DNA from: Vicinamibacteria bacterium
Lineage (GTDB): Bacteria; Acidobacteriota; Vicinamibacteria; Marinacidobacterales; Marinacidobacteraceae
Length of the DNA: 64,000 bases
Assembly: GCA_965199715.1 (NCBI GenBank)
Contig: OZ241322.1
Coordinates: 1,696,001 to 1,760,000, forward strand
Reading direction: 5' to 3'
Shown: piece after piece, positions 1 to 8,071 of the stretch
Layout of the letters: the number at the start of each line of letters is the position of its first letter
Numbering within the stretch: the stretch's first letter is position 1
Translations under genes and position numbers: made by a program
Notes under the pieces: generated by a model
Databases searched by the model: none
Told to the model about the DNA's origin: nothing
The model's input: only the letters and a program-made list of their open reading frames with translations

Positions 1-2
1 GG

Positions 3-190
3 GCCGACCTCAGCACCGAGCTGGACGGGTCAGGAACCGTCAGCATCCGCCGGAGCAAGACGGATCAGCTCGGGGCCGGAGCCGTCGCTTATCTCGGGCC
101 GTCCACCGTCTCCGCACTCGCCGCCTACCGCGCCAGCCTCGATGCGGAGCCGGAGCCGACCGCGCCCGTGTTCGGGGTCTCGCCGTCGCC
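3..190 (+). pseudogene. Tyrosine recombinase (Cre-like integrase) fragment, truncated
   Basis: Frame 3 reads (W)ADLSTELDGSGTVSIRRSKTDQLGAGAVAYLGPSTVSAL...PVFG, matching the IRRSKTDQ.G.G segment of Cre-like recombinases. No HxxR or catalytic Tyr follows before TAG near 340. The 5' part lies outside the window. Confidence 0.7.
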
Positions 191-300
191 AGTAACCAGC
201 GGGCCGTTACGCCGTCGCCAGCCGCCAGCCGATCCCGCAGCACGGATTCCGCCTCGTCTAGCAGGGTCTCCCGCGCCGCCGGAGCCGCCCGCGTCAGGGA
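180..300 (-). pseudogene. Phage-like protein fragment (terminase small subunit/HTH-like helical segment)
   Basis: Segment AARETLLDEAESVLRDRLAAGDGVTARWLL within ORF 40..489 is protein-like and recalls phage small-terminase helices; recognition only. Confidence 0.3.
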
Positions 301-638
301 ACGGGATCGCGCCGGGGTCGCTCGTGCAGTCGAGAGGGTAGCGGGGGCCGCAGGTTTCGCGGGATTTCTCTCGCGTGCGCGATCACGCGCCGTGCAGGTT
401 TCGCATGGTTCGCTTCCGGTGGGCGAGCGCCCCGACCTCGAAGCACGACCGCGCCGGAGCCGAGCGGCCGCCGTCGGGGAGCGCCGCATCAGGCTGGCGC
501 GGTGCCGGGAGCGCAGCCGGACGGCTCCCGCGCCCTACTGTGCACCTTCGAGGGTGCACTGGGGTAGAAGCGCAAACTCATGAGCTGTTAGTGGTTTTTG
601 GTCGAAAGCGTTCCTGCGAATTCCGCTTTCGTAGCCCG

Positions 639-868
639 TACGCGTCGCTTGAGTTCGGGGCGGCGTGCCGGCGGGCGGGAGGCGTTCCCGTTCATCGAGG
701 GCTGGCGCCACACGCGGCGGCGGCGCTCGGCGCTGGGGTGCGAGGCCCCGACGGCGTACGAACGGAGCTTCGAGGAGCCAACGTGAACGCAGTCCGACGG
801 ACGCCGCGCGAAGGCGCTCGCCGCCGATCCGAAAATAGCGAACTGTCCACGAAAGCGGGGCAAGCTCA
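639..868 (+). mobile_element. IS3-family remnant (internally deleted orfB 3' end plus right inverted repeat)
   Basis: YASLEFGAACRRAG is joined out of frame to REAFPFIEGWRHTRRRRSALGCEAP. Terminal GTCCACGAAAGCGGGGCAAGCTCA (845-868) ends in CA and matches 20/24 with the IS end at 3346-3369. Confidence 0.8.
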
Positions 869-1166
869 GCTTCCGGCCGCTCACGACCACGATCCGCTCT
901 TCCGCGAAGCCGGGCGGAAGGTCGAGGCCGTGCTTCGCGGCAGTAGCGGCGGCGTCGCCGCGGACGCGACGTTCGGGGCCGGCGCGATACGCGAGGCCGA
1001 GGTCGTGCGACTTCGCCAAGGCGAGGAGGCCGGCGTGGGCCCGGCGGCTGCCGCGGAGACGTTCGACATCGGCGCGCACGAGCCGGGCCTCCGCCGAAGC
1101 GGAACGCGGGGCGCAGTTGCGGGCGGCGTCGCGTGGGGTACACTTCGACCTTACGATTTCTTTCAT
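869..1166 (-). pseudogene. Hypothetical protein interrupted by the IS3 remnant
   Basis: ORF from ATG 1166 (MKEIVRSK...EERIVVVSGRK) runs straight into the IS inverted repeat at 868. Confidence 0.4.
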
Positions 1167-1351
1167 TACTATCCGAGGTCGTATCAGAGGACGAATGCTG
1201 ATCTCGTCCTCACGGGGCTGCCGGACGAGCTCGGCTCTCCGCGAGGATGCGCCAAGAGGCGACGACTCCGGCAGCCTCCCTCCTCTCTAGGGCTCCAGAC
1301 CGGCCCCGGAACCTACACCGTCCGCCGAGCGCGGCGCCGAGCACAAGCCTG

Positions 1352-1366
1352 CCCCCCCCCCCCCCC
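1352..1366. repeat. Poly-C homopolymer (C15)
   Basis: 15 consecutive C read directly. Confidence 0.9.
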
Positions 1367-1406
1367 GTTCGCGGAACCTGGGCAGCCCGGATTCGAGGAA
1401 CGGCAT

Positions 1407-1436
1407 TTGACGGGTGGGGGCGGAACCCGTTAAGTT
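1407..1436 (+). promoter_or_regulatory. Sigma70-type promoter overlapped by an inverted repeat
   Basis: TTGACG (1407-1412), 18 bp spacer, TAAGTT (1431-1436). TTGACGGGT...ACCCGTTAA forms an imperfect inverted repeat. Confidence 0.5.
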
Positions 1437-1498
1437 GTAGGTCAAGGCGCGGGCCAACCCGCGAAACTCTGCCCCGCCCACTTGGAGGCTCCGAACCG

Positions 1499-1735
1499 AT
1501 GACTTTGAAGTCGAGGCGGACTTTGGGATCGGCGTTGACGCTGCTCGGCGCGGTTGGATACCACGTCCTCAACGATCGGTTCAACGTCGATGGCGCGATG
1601 GGCTACGGATTGGCCCTGACGGCCGTGGGGGTGGTGCTCGCAATGGACTACGGCGAGTTGTTCCGAAGCATGCGAAGCGCGGCGACCCCGAAAACGGTAG
1701 GTTATGAGGTATGGTGTCGCCCGTCTCGGTTTTGA
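1499..1735 (+). CDS. Small two-TM membrane protein
   Basis: GGAGG upstream of ATG 1499; two hydrophobic stretches (LGSALTLLGAVGY; YGLALTAVGVVLAM). Confidence 0.5.
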   Translation: MTLKSRRTLGSALTLLGAVGYHVLNDRFNVDGAMGYGLALTAVGVVLAMDYGELFRSMRSAATPKTVGYEVWCRPSRF

Positions 1736-2090
1736 GTTGGGTCGCCGCAATTCTGCTTTCGGCAAGCATTGCGATTGCCGGGCCAAGCGCATCTACACTT
1801 CTTGACCGCGCCCATTTAGCAGGGCGGAGCATGGCCGAGAGTGGAGATGTCGTGTTGGTTCAAAGCGCCAGCGTTTCCAGAAACGGAATGTCTAGAAGGA
1901 ATAAACACCTTCTAGTTACGCTTGGCGTGGCGGCGGCGCTCGGGATAACCCTTGCGTTGTTACAAGACGGAAATCGGACATATTGTTATTCACCCAACCC
2001 TACGCAAATTATTGAAGCGGTGGAGCGCGGCGACCCCGACCCCACTCGCGCCGTTTGTGAACAGTTACAGGCCCGTCGGTCACTGATTAC
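1711..2090 (+). CDS. Hypothetical exported/membrane protein, lower GC; 3' end runs into foreign DNA
   Basis: Signal-like N-terminus and a second hydrophobic segment; visibly AT-richer than the flanks. The ORF formally continues to 2364 into the IS antisense strand. Confidence 0.4.
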
Positions 2091-3011
2091 GAGCGCGAGG
2101 CCGAGGCGCGCCGGCTCGACAGGAAGGTGGACTACTGGCGGCGAGCCGCAGCCCGAGCGGCCGACCGCGCCCGTGAACTTCGGGGCCGTGGACTCCATCG
2201 GCGACTCGTACCCCAGCGCCGAGCGCCGACGCCGCGGGTCGCACCACCCCTCGATGAACGCGAACGCCTCACGCCGCGCCGCCTCCGGGTCCGCCAAGGG
2301 CGCCACCTCCAACAGCTCGCACTCCAGCGTCGCGAAGAACGACTCCGCCATCGCGTTGTCGTAGCAGTCCCCCGCCGACCCCATCGACGGGCGCACCCCC
2401 GCCCGCCGGCACAACGCCCCGAACGCCGCCGACGCGCACTGGCTCTTCTGGTCCGAGTGGTGGACCGCTTCCGTCGGACGCCGCCGCGCTGCCGCCATCT
2501 CCAGCGCGTCCAGCACCAGCGACGAGAACAGCCGCGGCTTCATCGCCCAGCCCACCACCCGCCGGCTGAAGGCGTCCACCACCGCCGCCAGGCACATCGT
2601 CCCTCTCCCCGTAGGGACATACGTCACGTCCGCCACCCACGGCCGGTTCGGCCCCTCCGCCCGGAAGTCCCGGTCCACGAGGTCCGGCGCCGGACGAGCC
2701 GCCGCCCCCCGCACCGTCGTGATCTCCCGCTTCCGCCGCGACGCGCCCCGAAGCCCCAGCGCCCGCATCAGCCGCGCCGCCCGCTTCCGACTCGCCCGCT
2801 CCCCCCGCGCCTGAAGCTCCGCGTGGACTCGCGGCGCCCCGTACGCCTCCCGGTTGTCCCGATGGATCGCGCCGATCTCCTCCTTCAACGCCGCGTCCCC
2901 GAGCGCCCGCGCCGACGGCTCCCGGTCCAGCGAGGCGTGGAACCCGCTGCGGGAGACCTCCAGCACGCGGGCCGTCGTCGCGGTCGGATACACGGCCTGG
3001 CGCGCCTTCAT
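1986..3011 (-). CDS. IS3 transposase OrfB (DDE integrase core), degenerate; C-terminus reads into flank
   Basis: YGAPRVHAEL, WVADVTY, HHSDQ, CYDNAMAESFFATLECE, RRRSALGYESP motifs. Confidence 0.9.
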   Translation of the reverse strand: MKARQAVYPTATTARVLEVSRSGFHASLDREPSARALGDAALKEEIGAIHRDNREAYGAPRVHAELQARGERASRKRAARLMRALGLRGASRRKREITTVRGAAARPAPDLVDRDFRAEGPNRPWVADVTYVPTGRGTMCLAAVVDAFSRRVVGWAMKPRLFSSLVLDALEMAAARRRPTEAVHHSDQKSQCASAAFGALCRRAGVRPSMGSAGDCYDNAMAESFFATLECELLEVAPLADPEAARREAFAFIEGWCDPRRRRSALGYESPMESTAPKFTGAVGRSGCGSPPVVHLPVEPARLGLALVISDRRACNCSQTARVGSGSPRSTASIICVGLGE

Positions 3012-3316
3012 GAACCTCCATCCTCGGAGATGGTCTCCCGGGCGAACCAGGCCGCGGCTTTTTTCAGGATCTCCAGCTCCAGCGCCTGCTGGGCCACCTT
3101 CCGGCGCAGGACCCGAACCTCCTCGCGCTCCCGCCGCGTCCAGCCCGCGGCGTCGCGGCCCTCAGCCGCGTCCGCCGCCCGCACCCAGTTGCGGATGGTC
3201 CCCGCCGTCGGCTCGAACTCCCGCGCCAGAGCCTCCGGACTCCGGCCCGACCGCGCCAGCTCCACCAGCCGCGCCCGATGCTCCGCCGCGTATCGCGGCC
3301 GCTTCTTCTTGCTCAT
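3008..3316 (-). CDS. IS3 transposase OrfA (HTH)
   Basis: MSKKKRPRYAAEHRARLVELARSGRS...TIRNWVR...ELEILKKAAAWFA; GGAGGAG SD upstream. Confidence 0.92.
   Translation of the reverse strand: MSKKKRPRYAAEHRARLVELARSGRSPEALAREFEPTAGTIRNWVRAADAAEGRDAAGWTRREREEVRVLRRKVAQQALELEILKKAAAWFARETISEDGGS
3058..3064 (-). promoter_or_regulatory. -1 programmed frameshift site A AAA AAG
   Basis: CTG AAA AAA GCC in orfA; the -1 frame is open and in frame with the orfB ATG. Confidence 0.75.
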
Positions 3317-3373
3317 CGGGGACTCCTCCTCCAAAGAGGTTAGGCGTCCACGAAACCGGGGCAACTCCAGCCC

Positions 3374-3628
3374 CCACCGATTCTCCTGATCGGCATGACG
3401 CAGGAAGAGCGGCTCGCCTTGCTGAAGTGGGTGTTTGAGCGCTACGCGCAGGAGCTGCGGCCGGGGGTCATGATTCTGGTCGCCCTGAACCGCGTCCGGG
3501 TCAGTTGGGCGAAGACTGGCGCATCTCACGGAGATGGCGGTGGCGTGGTGAGCGACGACTGGGCTCCGGCTTGGACGCGGTCGGCTCGCCCGGTTCGCCT
3601 CGCCCCGCCGGCCTACTCCAGCGCGTAG
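3374..3628 (+). pseudogene. C-terminal fragment of a DUF5615/PIN-like toxin cut by the IS
   Basis: PPILLIGMTQEERLALLKWVFERYAQELRPGVMILVALNRVRVS begins at the IS end and resembles DUF5615 C-termini. Confidence 0.45.
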
Positions 3629-4509
3629 TAGCCGCTGCGGGTGCGGGCGGTCAGGTCGGCGCGCCGGGTGAGGCGGACCTCGATTTCCCGCCACTCGCGG
3701 TCCTGCTCCACGTTCTTCGGGATGTAGGCCAGCCGGTACTGCGCGTGCAGGTCGCGCTCGATCTGCTCGAAGGCGCGCACCAGCTCGCCGGTGCGGGTGG
3801 GGAAGAGCGCCTGCCCGCCGGTCTCCCCGGCGAGCCGACGCAGGAACCCCTTGTTCACCCGCGCCCCGTTGCCGTCGAAGCCGATCACGTAGATGCTGGC
3901 GTTGGTCAGCCGCGCCGCCTCGAGCGCGTCGCCCGCTCCCGCCTCGCTGCCGAATTGCATCACGCTGTCGTCGCCGTCGCTGAACACGAGCAGCGCCTTC
4001 CGGTCGCCGTCGGCGTAGTGGAGCCGCTCCAGCGCGAAGATGGTCGCGTCGTAGAGCGCGGTGGGCCCCATGGGGTTCAGCGCCATGATGCTCGTCGTCA
4101 GCCGCCGCCGGTCCTCGGTGAACTCGGTCGAGAAGCGCACGCGGTCGTTGAACTCGCCGATCATCGCCCGGTCGCCCTCCCAGAGGCGATCCACGAAAGT
4201 CGCCGCCGCCTCCTTCACGTAGTCGAGGTTGACCCTCATGCTCAGCGACGCGTCGAGCAGCAGCAGGATCGTCAGCGGCGCGGCCTCGCTCTGGAAGAAC
4301 GTGACGTTCTGCGGCACCCCGTCCTCGAGCACCTGAAAGTCCTCCTGCGTCAGTCCCGGCACGAACCGCCCGCGCTCGTCGGTGACCGCGACCCCGAGGT
4401 TGACCGCCTCCACCTGCAGCCGGAAGCGGGTCTGTTGCGCGATCGCCGGAAGCGGAAGCGCCAGCGTCAGCAGCAGCGCCGCAAGCCGCCGGCGGGTTCG
4501 ATCAGCCAT
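3613..4509 (-). CDS. VWA domain protein (acidobacterial VWFA-related type), secreted
   Basis: Signal peptide; VTDERGRFVPGLTQEDFQVLEDG; MIDAS DASLS, TALYDA, FSDGDD. Confidence 0.9.
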   Translation of the reverse strand: MADRTRRRLAALLLTLALPLPAIAQQTRFRLQVEAVNLGVAVTDERGRFVPGLTQEDFQVLEDGVPQNVTFFQSEAAPLTILLLLDASLSMRVNLDYVKEAAATFVDRLWEGDRAMIGEFNDRVRFSTEFTEDRRRLTTSIMALNPMGPTALYDATIFALERLHYADGDRKALLVFSDGDDSVMQFGSEAGAGDALEAARLTNASIYVIGFDGNGARVNKGFLRRLAGETGGQALFPTRTGELVRAFEQIERDLHAQYRLAYIPKNVEQDREWREIEVRLTRRADLTARTRSGYYALE

Positions 4510-4673
4510 CGTGAGCCTCCATCCTACTGCCCGAAGGGGGCGTCCCGCCCGCTGCTACAATCCATGCGCAAAACGGGCCGTTTCGCCCGCTGTCCCCCGG
4601 CTCCGGCCCCCTCGGGCCCAGCCAGCGCGAACCCATCGCGCCCCCGATCCGACCCACGGAGGTTGTCTGGAAC

Positions 4674-5459
4674 ATGTCCTATCGAGCCTTGCGCGCGCTC
4701 CCGCTTCTCTTGCTTCCGGCGCTTGGATTTCTGGCCGCCTGCGGCGGCGACGAGCCGGCCGAGCCCGTGATCCCCGCGGCCGACATGACCGCCGTGGACC
4801 CGGCCACCGCCGGAACGATTTCGGGCCGCATCATGCTGGACGGCGAGGCGCCCCCGGCCGGCGTCATCCAGATGGCCGCCGACCCGAACTGCGCCGCGAT
4901 GCACCAATCGCCGGTGATGACCGAATTCGTGATCACCGACGTGGAGGGCGGCCTCCGGAACAGCTTCGTGTACATCAAGGCCGGACTCGAGGGCATGAGC
5001 TTCCCGGTCCCGACGGAGCCGGTCACGCTCAACCAGGAAGGCTGCGTCTATCTGCCGCACGTCATCGGGCTGCAGGTCGGGCAGGAGCTGAACATCCTGA
5101 ACAGCGACCAGACCCTCCACAACATCCACGCCACCCCCTCCGCGAACGCCGAGTTCAACATCGGCCAGCCGGTCAAGGGCATGAGCACCACCCGCACCTT
5201 CGACGCCGTCGAGGTCATGGTGCCCTTCAAGTGCGACGTCCACCGCTGGATGAACGCCTACGCCGGCGTGCTCGACCATCCGTACTTCGCGGTCAGCGGC
5301 GCCGACGGGACCTTCTCGATCGGCAACGTGCCCCCCGGCGACTACACGGTCGGCGTGTGGCACGAGCGCCTCGGCGTGATGGAGACGATGGTGACAATCG
5401 AGGCCTCCGGCATGGCGGACGCGAGCTTCACCTACTCCGGCGAAGCCGGCGGCGCTTGA
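4674..5459 (+). CDS. Lipoprotein with cupredoxin-like and carboxypeptidase-regulatory-like domains
   Basis: Lipobox FLAAC; HNIH and CDVHRWM motifs; GGAGG SD. Confidence 0.8.
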   Translation: MSYRALRALPLLLLPALGFLAACGGDEPAEPVIPAADMTAVDPATAGTISGRIMLDGEAPPAGVIQMAADPNCAAMHQSPVMTEFVITDVEGGLRNSFVYIKAGLEGMSFPVPTEPVTLNQEGCVYLPHVIGLQVGQELNILNSDQTLHNIHATPSANAEFNIGQPVKGMSTTRTFDAVEVMVPFKCDVHRWMNAYAGVLDHPYFAVSGADGTFSIGNVPPGDYTVGVWHERLGVMETMVTIEASGMADASFTYSGEAGGA

Positions 5460-6652
5460 TCGGCGACCGGCAGCAACTCCGGCGGCGCGCCCCGGGGCCA
5501 CGGGACGCGCCGCAGGGCGTCCGCCCACTCGGCGAGCACGTCGTCGACGCCTGACCGCCGCACCCGGATGTAGTCGGCGCCGGCTTGGCCGTGCTTTCCG
5601 GCGCCGTCCCGCGCGTTGCCCCGACGCAGCCGGACCATCGCTTCCAGTTCGGGCGGCGGGTTCTCGGCCAGCGCCCCGGCGAAGGCGGCCTCGGCCTCGG
5701 CCCAGCGCTCCTCGAAGAGGAACGTCTCGCCGAGCCGCAGCCGGCCCAGCCCGGGCGCGGCGAGGTGGAAGTTCCCGAACCCGGCCCGCTGATCCTCGAG
5801 GAACCGCTCGGCGAGCGCCCGCGCCTCCCGGTGCGAGCCCAAAAGGTTCACGAGCGCGACCTCCTCGAGCGCGAAGTCGGGATTGCGGGGGAACTCCCGC
5901 CGCAGGGTCCGCACCCGCCCGAGCGCGTCCTGCTCCATCCCCTCGCGCTGCAGGATCACCGCTTCGCTGAGCATCGCGCCCCAACGGGCGCGGGTCCCCT
6001 TCTCGGCGGTGATGCGCAGGTACTCGAGGCCGCGCTCCCGGTCCCCGCCCCGCCCGGTCACGAAGGCGATCATCCGGAGCACGCCGGGCAGGGTCGCGAG
6101 GCTGTAGTCGTACGCTCCGACCACGGCGTAGGAGTCCCAGAATTCGGGGTCCAGCGCCAGCACCTTCCGGTGATCCCCGACCGCCCCGAGCCCGGTCCGG
6201 AACGCCCGGAAGTACGACCGCTCCACGACCATCGCCCACCCCGACTGGAGCCCGCGGATCGCTCCCCGGTAATAGAGCGCCTCCGTGTCGTCGGGGTCCC
6301 GCTGGAGCAGCCGCTCGACCCGGCGCAGCGCCTCCTCGGTCCCCGCTCGGAAGCGCGCCTCCTCCTCGGGGGCGACCTCGGGCTTGCGCGGCTGGGTCCA
6401 GAACCGGTCGCCCCGATGGGTGGAGCCGCGCATGCTGCCGTTGCGCTGCGCGATCCGGCTCCAGACCGTCGCGGCCCGCGCGTACGGGCCCGAAGGACTC
6501 TCGGGGAACCGCTCCCCGAGGAGTCGGAACGCCTCGTCCGCCTCGGCGAATTCGTAGTCGTAGAGGCGGCGGTCGCCCCGCTCCTCCAGCTCGGCCGGAG
6601 TCTGGCCGGCGGCGAGGAGCGCGAACAGGAGCAGGCGCACGGCGAACCGCAT
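5432..6652 (-). CDS. TPR-repeat protein, secreted
   Basis: Signal peptide; TPR-like helical repeats (LLQRDPDDTEALYYRG, LALDPEFWDSY). Confidence 0.8.
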   Translation of the reverse strand: MRFAVRLLLFALLAAGQTPAELEERGDRRLYDYEFAEADEAFRLLGERFPESPSGPYARAATVWSRIAQRNGSMRGSTHRGDRFWTQPRKPEVAPEEEARFRAGTEEALRRVERLLQRDPDDTEALYYRGAIRGLQSGWAMVVERSYFRAFRTGLGAVGDHRKVLALDPEFWDSYAVVGAYDYSLATLPGVLRMIAFVTGRGGDRERGLEYLRITAEKGTRARWGAMLSEAVILQREGMEQDALGRVRTLRREFPRNPDFALEEVALVNLLGSHREARALAERFLEDQRAGFGNFHLAAPGLGRLRLGETFLFEERWAEAEAAFAGALAENPPPELEAMVRLRRGNARDGAGKHGQAGADYIRVRRSGVDDVLAEWADALRRVPWPRGAPPELLPVADQAPPASPE

Positions 6653-6684
6653 TCTGGCGCAGGCTCGCTACACTCGCCGGCCGC

Positions 6685-7245
6685 ATGATCGAAGCACCGT
6701 CCCGGCGCACCCGGTTCGTCGCGTTCCGCGGCCGTTTGCTCGAGCTCGTCGTGGATCGGGTCCAGGAGCCGCTCCTCAACGGCGACCTGGGGCCGGAAGT
6801 CCGGCGCGAGGTCGTACGGCATCCGGGCGCGGTGGTGATCGTCGCGGTGGACGAGTCCGACCGGGTCGTCATGGTGCGCCAGTACCGGTATGCGGTGGAT
6901 CAGGCGCTCCTCGAGCTTCCCGCCGGCACCCGCGAGCCCGGGGAGACTCCCGAGGAGACCGCGGCGCGGGAGCTGCGCGAGGAGACCGGCTACCGAGCCC
7001 GGAAACTGACGCAGCTCGGGACGATATTCAGCGCGCCGGGCTTCTGCGACGAGCAGCTCTCGGTCTTTCTCGCCACCGGCCTCGTCCCGGGCCCGACCGA
7101 CGCCGACGAGGGCGAGGACATCGAGGTCGTCCACCTCCCGCTCGCCGAGGCCGAGTCCATGCTCGTGCGGGGCGCCTTCCTCGACGCCAAGACCGTGGCC
7201 GGGATCGGCCAGCACCTGCTTCGCCGCCGATGCGCCGATTCCTGA
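6685..7245 (+). CDS. NUDIX hydrolase (ADP-ribose pyrophosphatase-like)
   Basis: Nudix box GTREPGETPEETAARELREETG; REVVRHPGAV; RQYRY. Confidence 0.92.
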   Translation: MIEAPSRRTRFVAFRGRLLELVVDRVQEPLLNGDLGPEVRREVVRHPGAVVIVAVDESDRVVMVRQYRYAVDQALLELPAGTREPGETPEETAARELREETGYRARKLTQLGTIFSAPGFCDEQLSVFLATGLVPGPTDADEGEDIEVVHLPLAEAESMLVRGAFLDAKTVAGIGQHLLRRRCADS

Positions 7246-7718
7246 TCGCGCTCGCGCTGCTGGCGGGGTGCGCCGAGCGGCCGGAGGCCCCGCGCCCGGG
7301 GGAGCCGGCCCCGCCGTTCGAGCTCCCCGACCTCGGCGGCTCGACGCACGCGCTGGAGGACTTCCGGGACCATGTCGTGGTCCTCAACTTCTGGGCCACG
7401 TGGTGCCCGCCCTGCGTCGAGGAGATGCCGTCGCTCCAGCGGCTCGAGGACGCCTTCGCCGATCGCGGCCTGCGGGTCGTCGCGGTTTCGGTGGATGAGC
7501 GCCTCTCCGACGTTCCCGCGTTCGTGGAGGCGCACCGGCTGCGGTTCCTCGTGCTCCACGACTCCGGCAAGCGGGTCTCGCGCCGCTGGAACGTGTTCCA
7601 GTTCCCCGAGACCTGGGTCGTCAAGCGCGACGGCACGCTCGCCTCGCACATCGTCGGCGCCCGCGACTGGGCGGCGCCCCAGTCGCTCGAGGTGTTCTCG
7701 GCGCTGCTCGACGAGTGA
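7230..7718 (+). CDS. TlpA/ResA-family thiol-disulfide oxidoreductase lipoprotein
   Basis: LAGC lipobox; LNFWATWCPPCVEEMP. Confidence 0.92.
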   Translation: MRRFLIALALLAGCAERPEAPRPGEPAPPFELPDLGGSTHALEDFRDHVVVLNFWATWCPPCVEEMPSLQRLEDAFADRGLRVVAVSVDERLSDVPAFVEAHRLRFLVLHDSGKRVSRRWNVFQFPETWVVKRDGTLASHIVGARDWAAPQSLEVFSALLDE

Positions 7719-7741
7719 CCGCCGGCGCTAGAATCCGCGCC

Positions 7742-8038
7742 GTGAACATCGACGAAGCGAGTCCCTTTCTGCAGGTGAACGCCGTGGCGCAGCGCGCCCG
7801 GGCGCTGATCCGGGGCGAGGCCGCCCGAACCCGGATCGAGTCCCGCCAGCCGACGGCGATCGCGCTCGCCGAGCTGCGCGAGGGCGCGCTCCAGGTCCAG
7901 TCGCCCGAGGAAGCGAAGCAGCTGCTCGCGACCGAGGTCGAGGGCGAGACCGAGGAGGAGCGCGCCGCCACCGAGGCGACCCGGGCAAGCTTCGAGGCGA
8001 TGTGGCCCGACCCGGAGGACGCGCCGGAAGAAGCGTAG
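7742..8038 (+). CDS. rpoZ: RNA polymerase omega subunit
   Basis: SPFLQVNAVAQRARAL...PTAIALAELREG with acidic tail; GTG start chosen from the TAGAAT box upstream. Confidence 0.75.
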   Translation: MNIDEASPFLQVNAVAQRARALIRGEAARTRIESRQPTAIALAELREGALQVQSPEEAKQLLATEVEGETEEERAATEATRASFEAMWPDPEDAPEEA

Positions 8039-8071
8039 GCGCCCGGGTAGGCTTCCCTCCGGGAGGCCCCG

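Larger units (their letters stand above)
2190..3369 (-). mobile_element. IS3-family insertion sequence, right end lost
   Basis: Left IR TGGAGTTGCCCCGGTTTCGTGGAC (3369-3346), orfA and orfB with ATGA overlap, A6G slippery site. No right IR after GYESP. Confidence 0.9.

Noticed and set aside
540-625. Hairpin GTGCACC/GGTGCAC and a minus-strand ...CGACCA end as tRNA or attachment site
   Set aside because: No T-loop (GTTCRA) or cloverleaf found; cannot support a tRNA call.
156-2185. 15-bp match CCGACCGCGCCCGTG at ~156 and ~2161 as att site or target duplication
   Set aside because: GC-rich, inside unrelated coding fragments read in different frames, and does not bracket a coherent element; probably chance.
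845-3369. Composite transposon bounded by the two IS3 ends
   Set aside because: Both IRs have the same orientation on the + strand, so they cannot act as a left/right pair.
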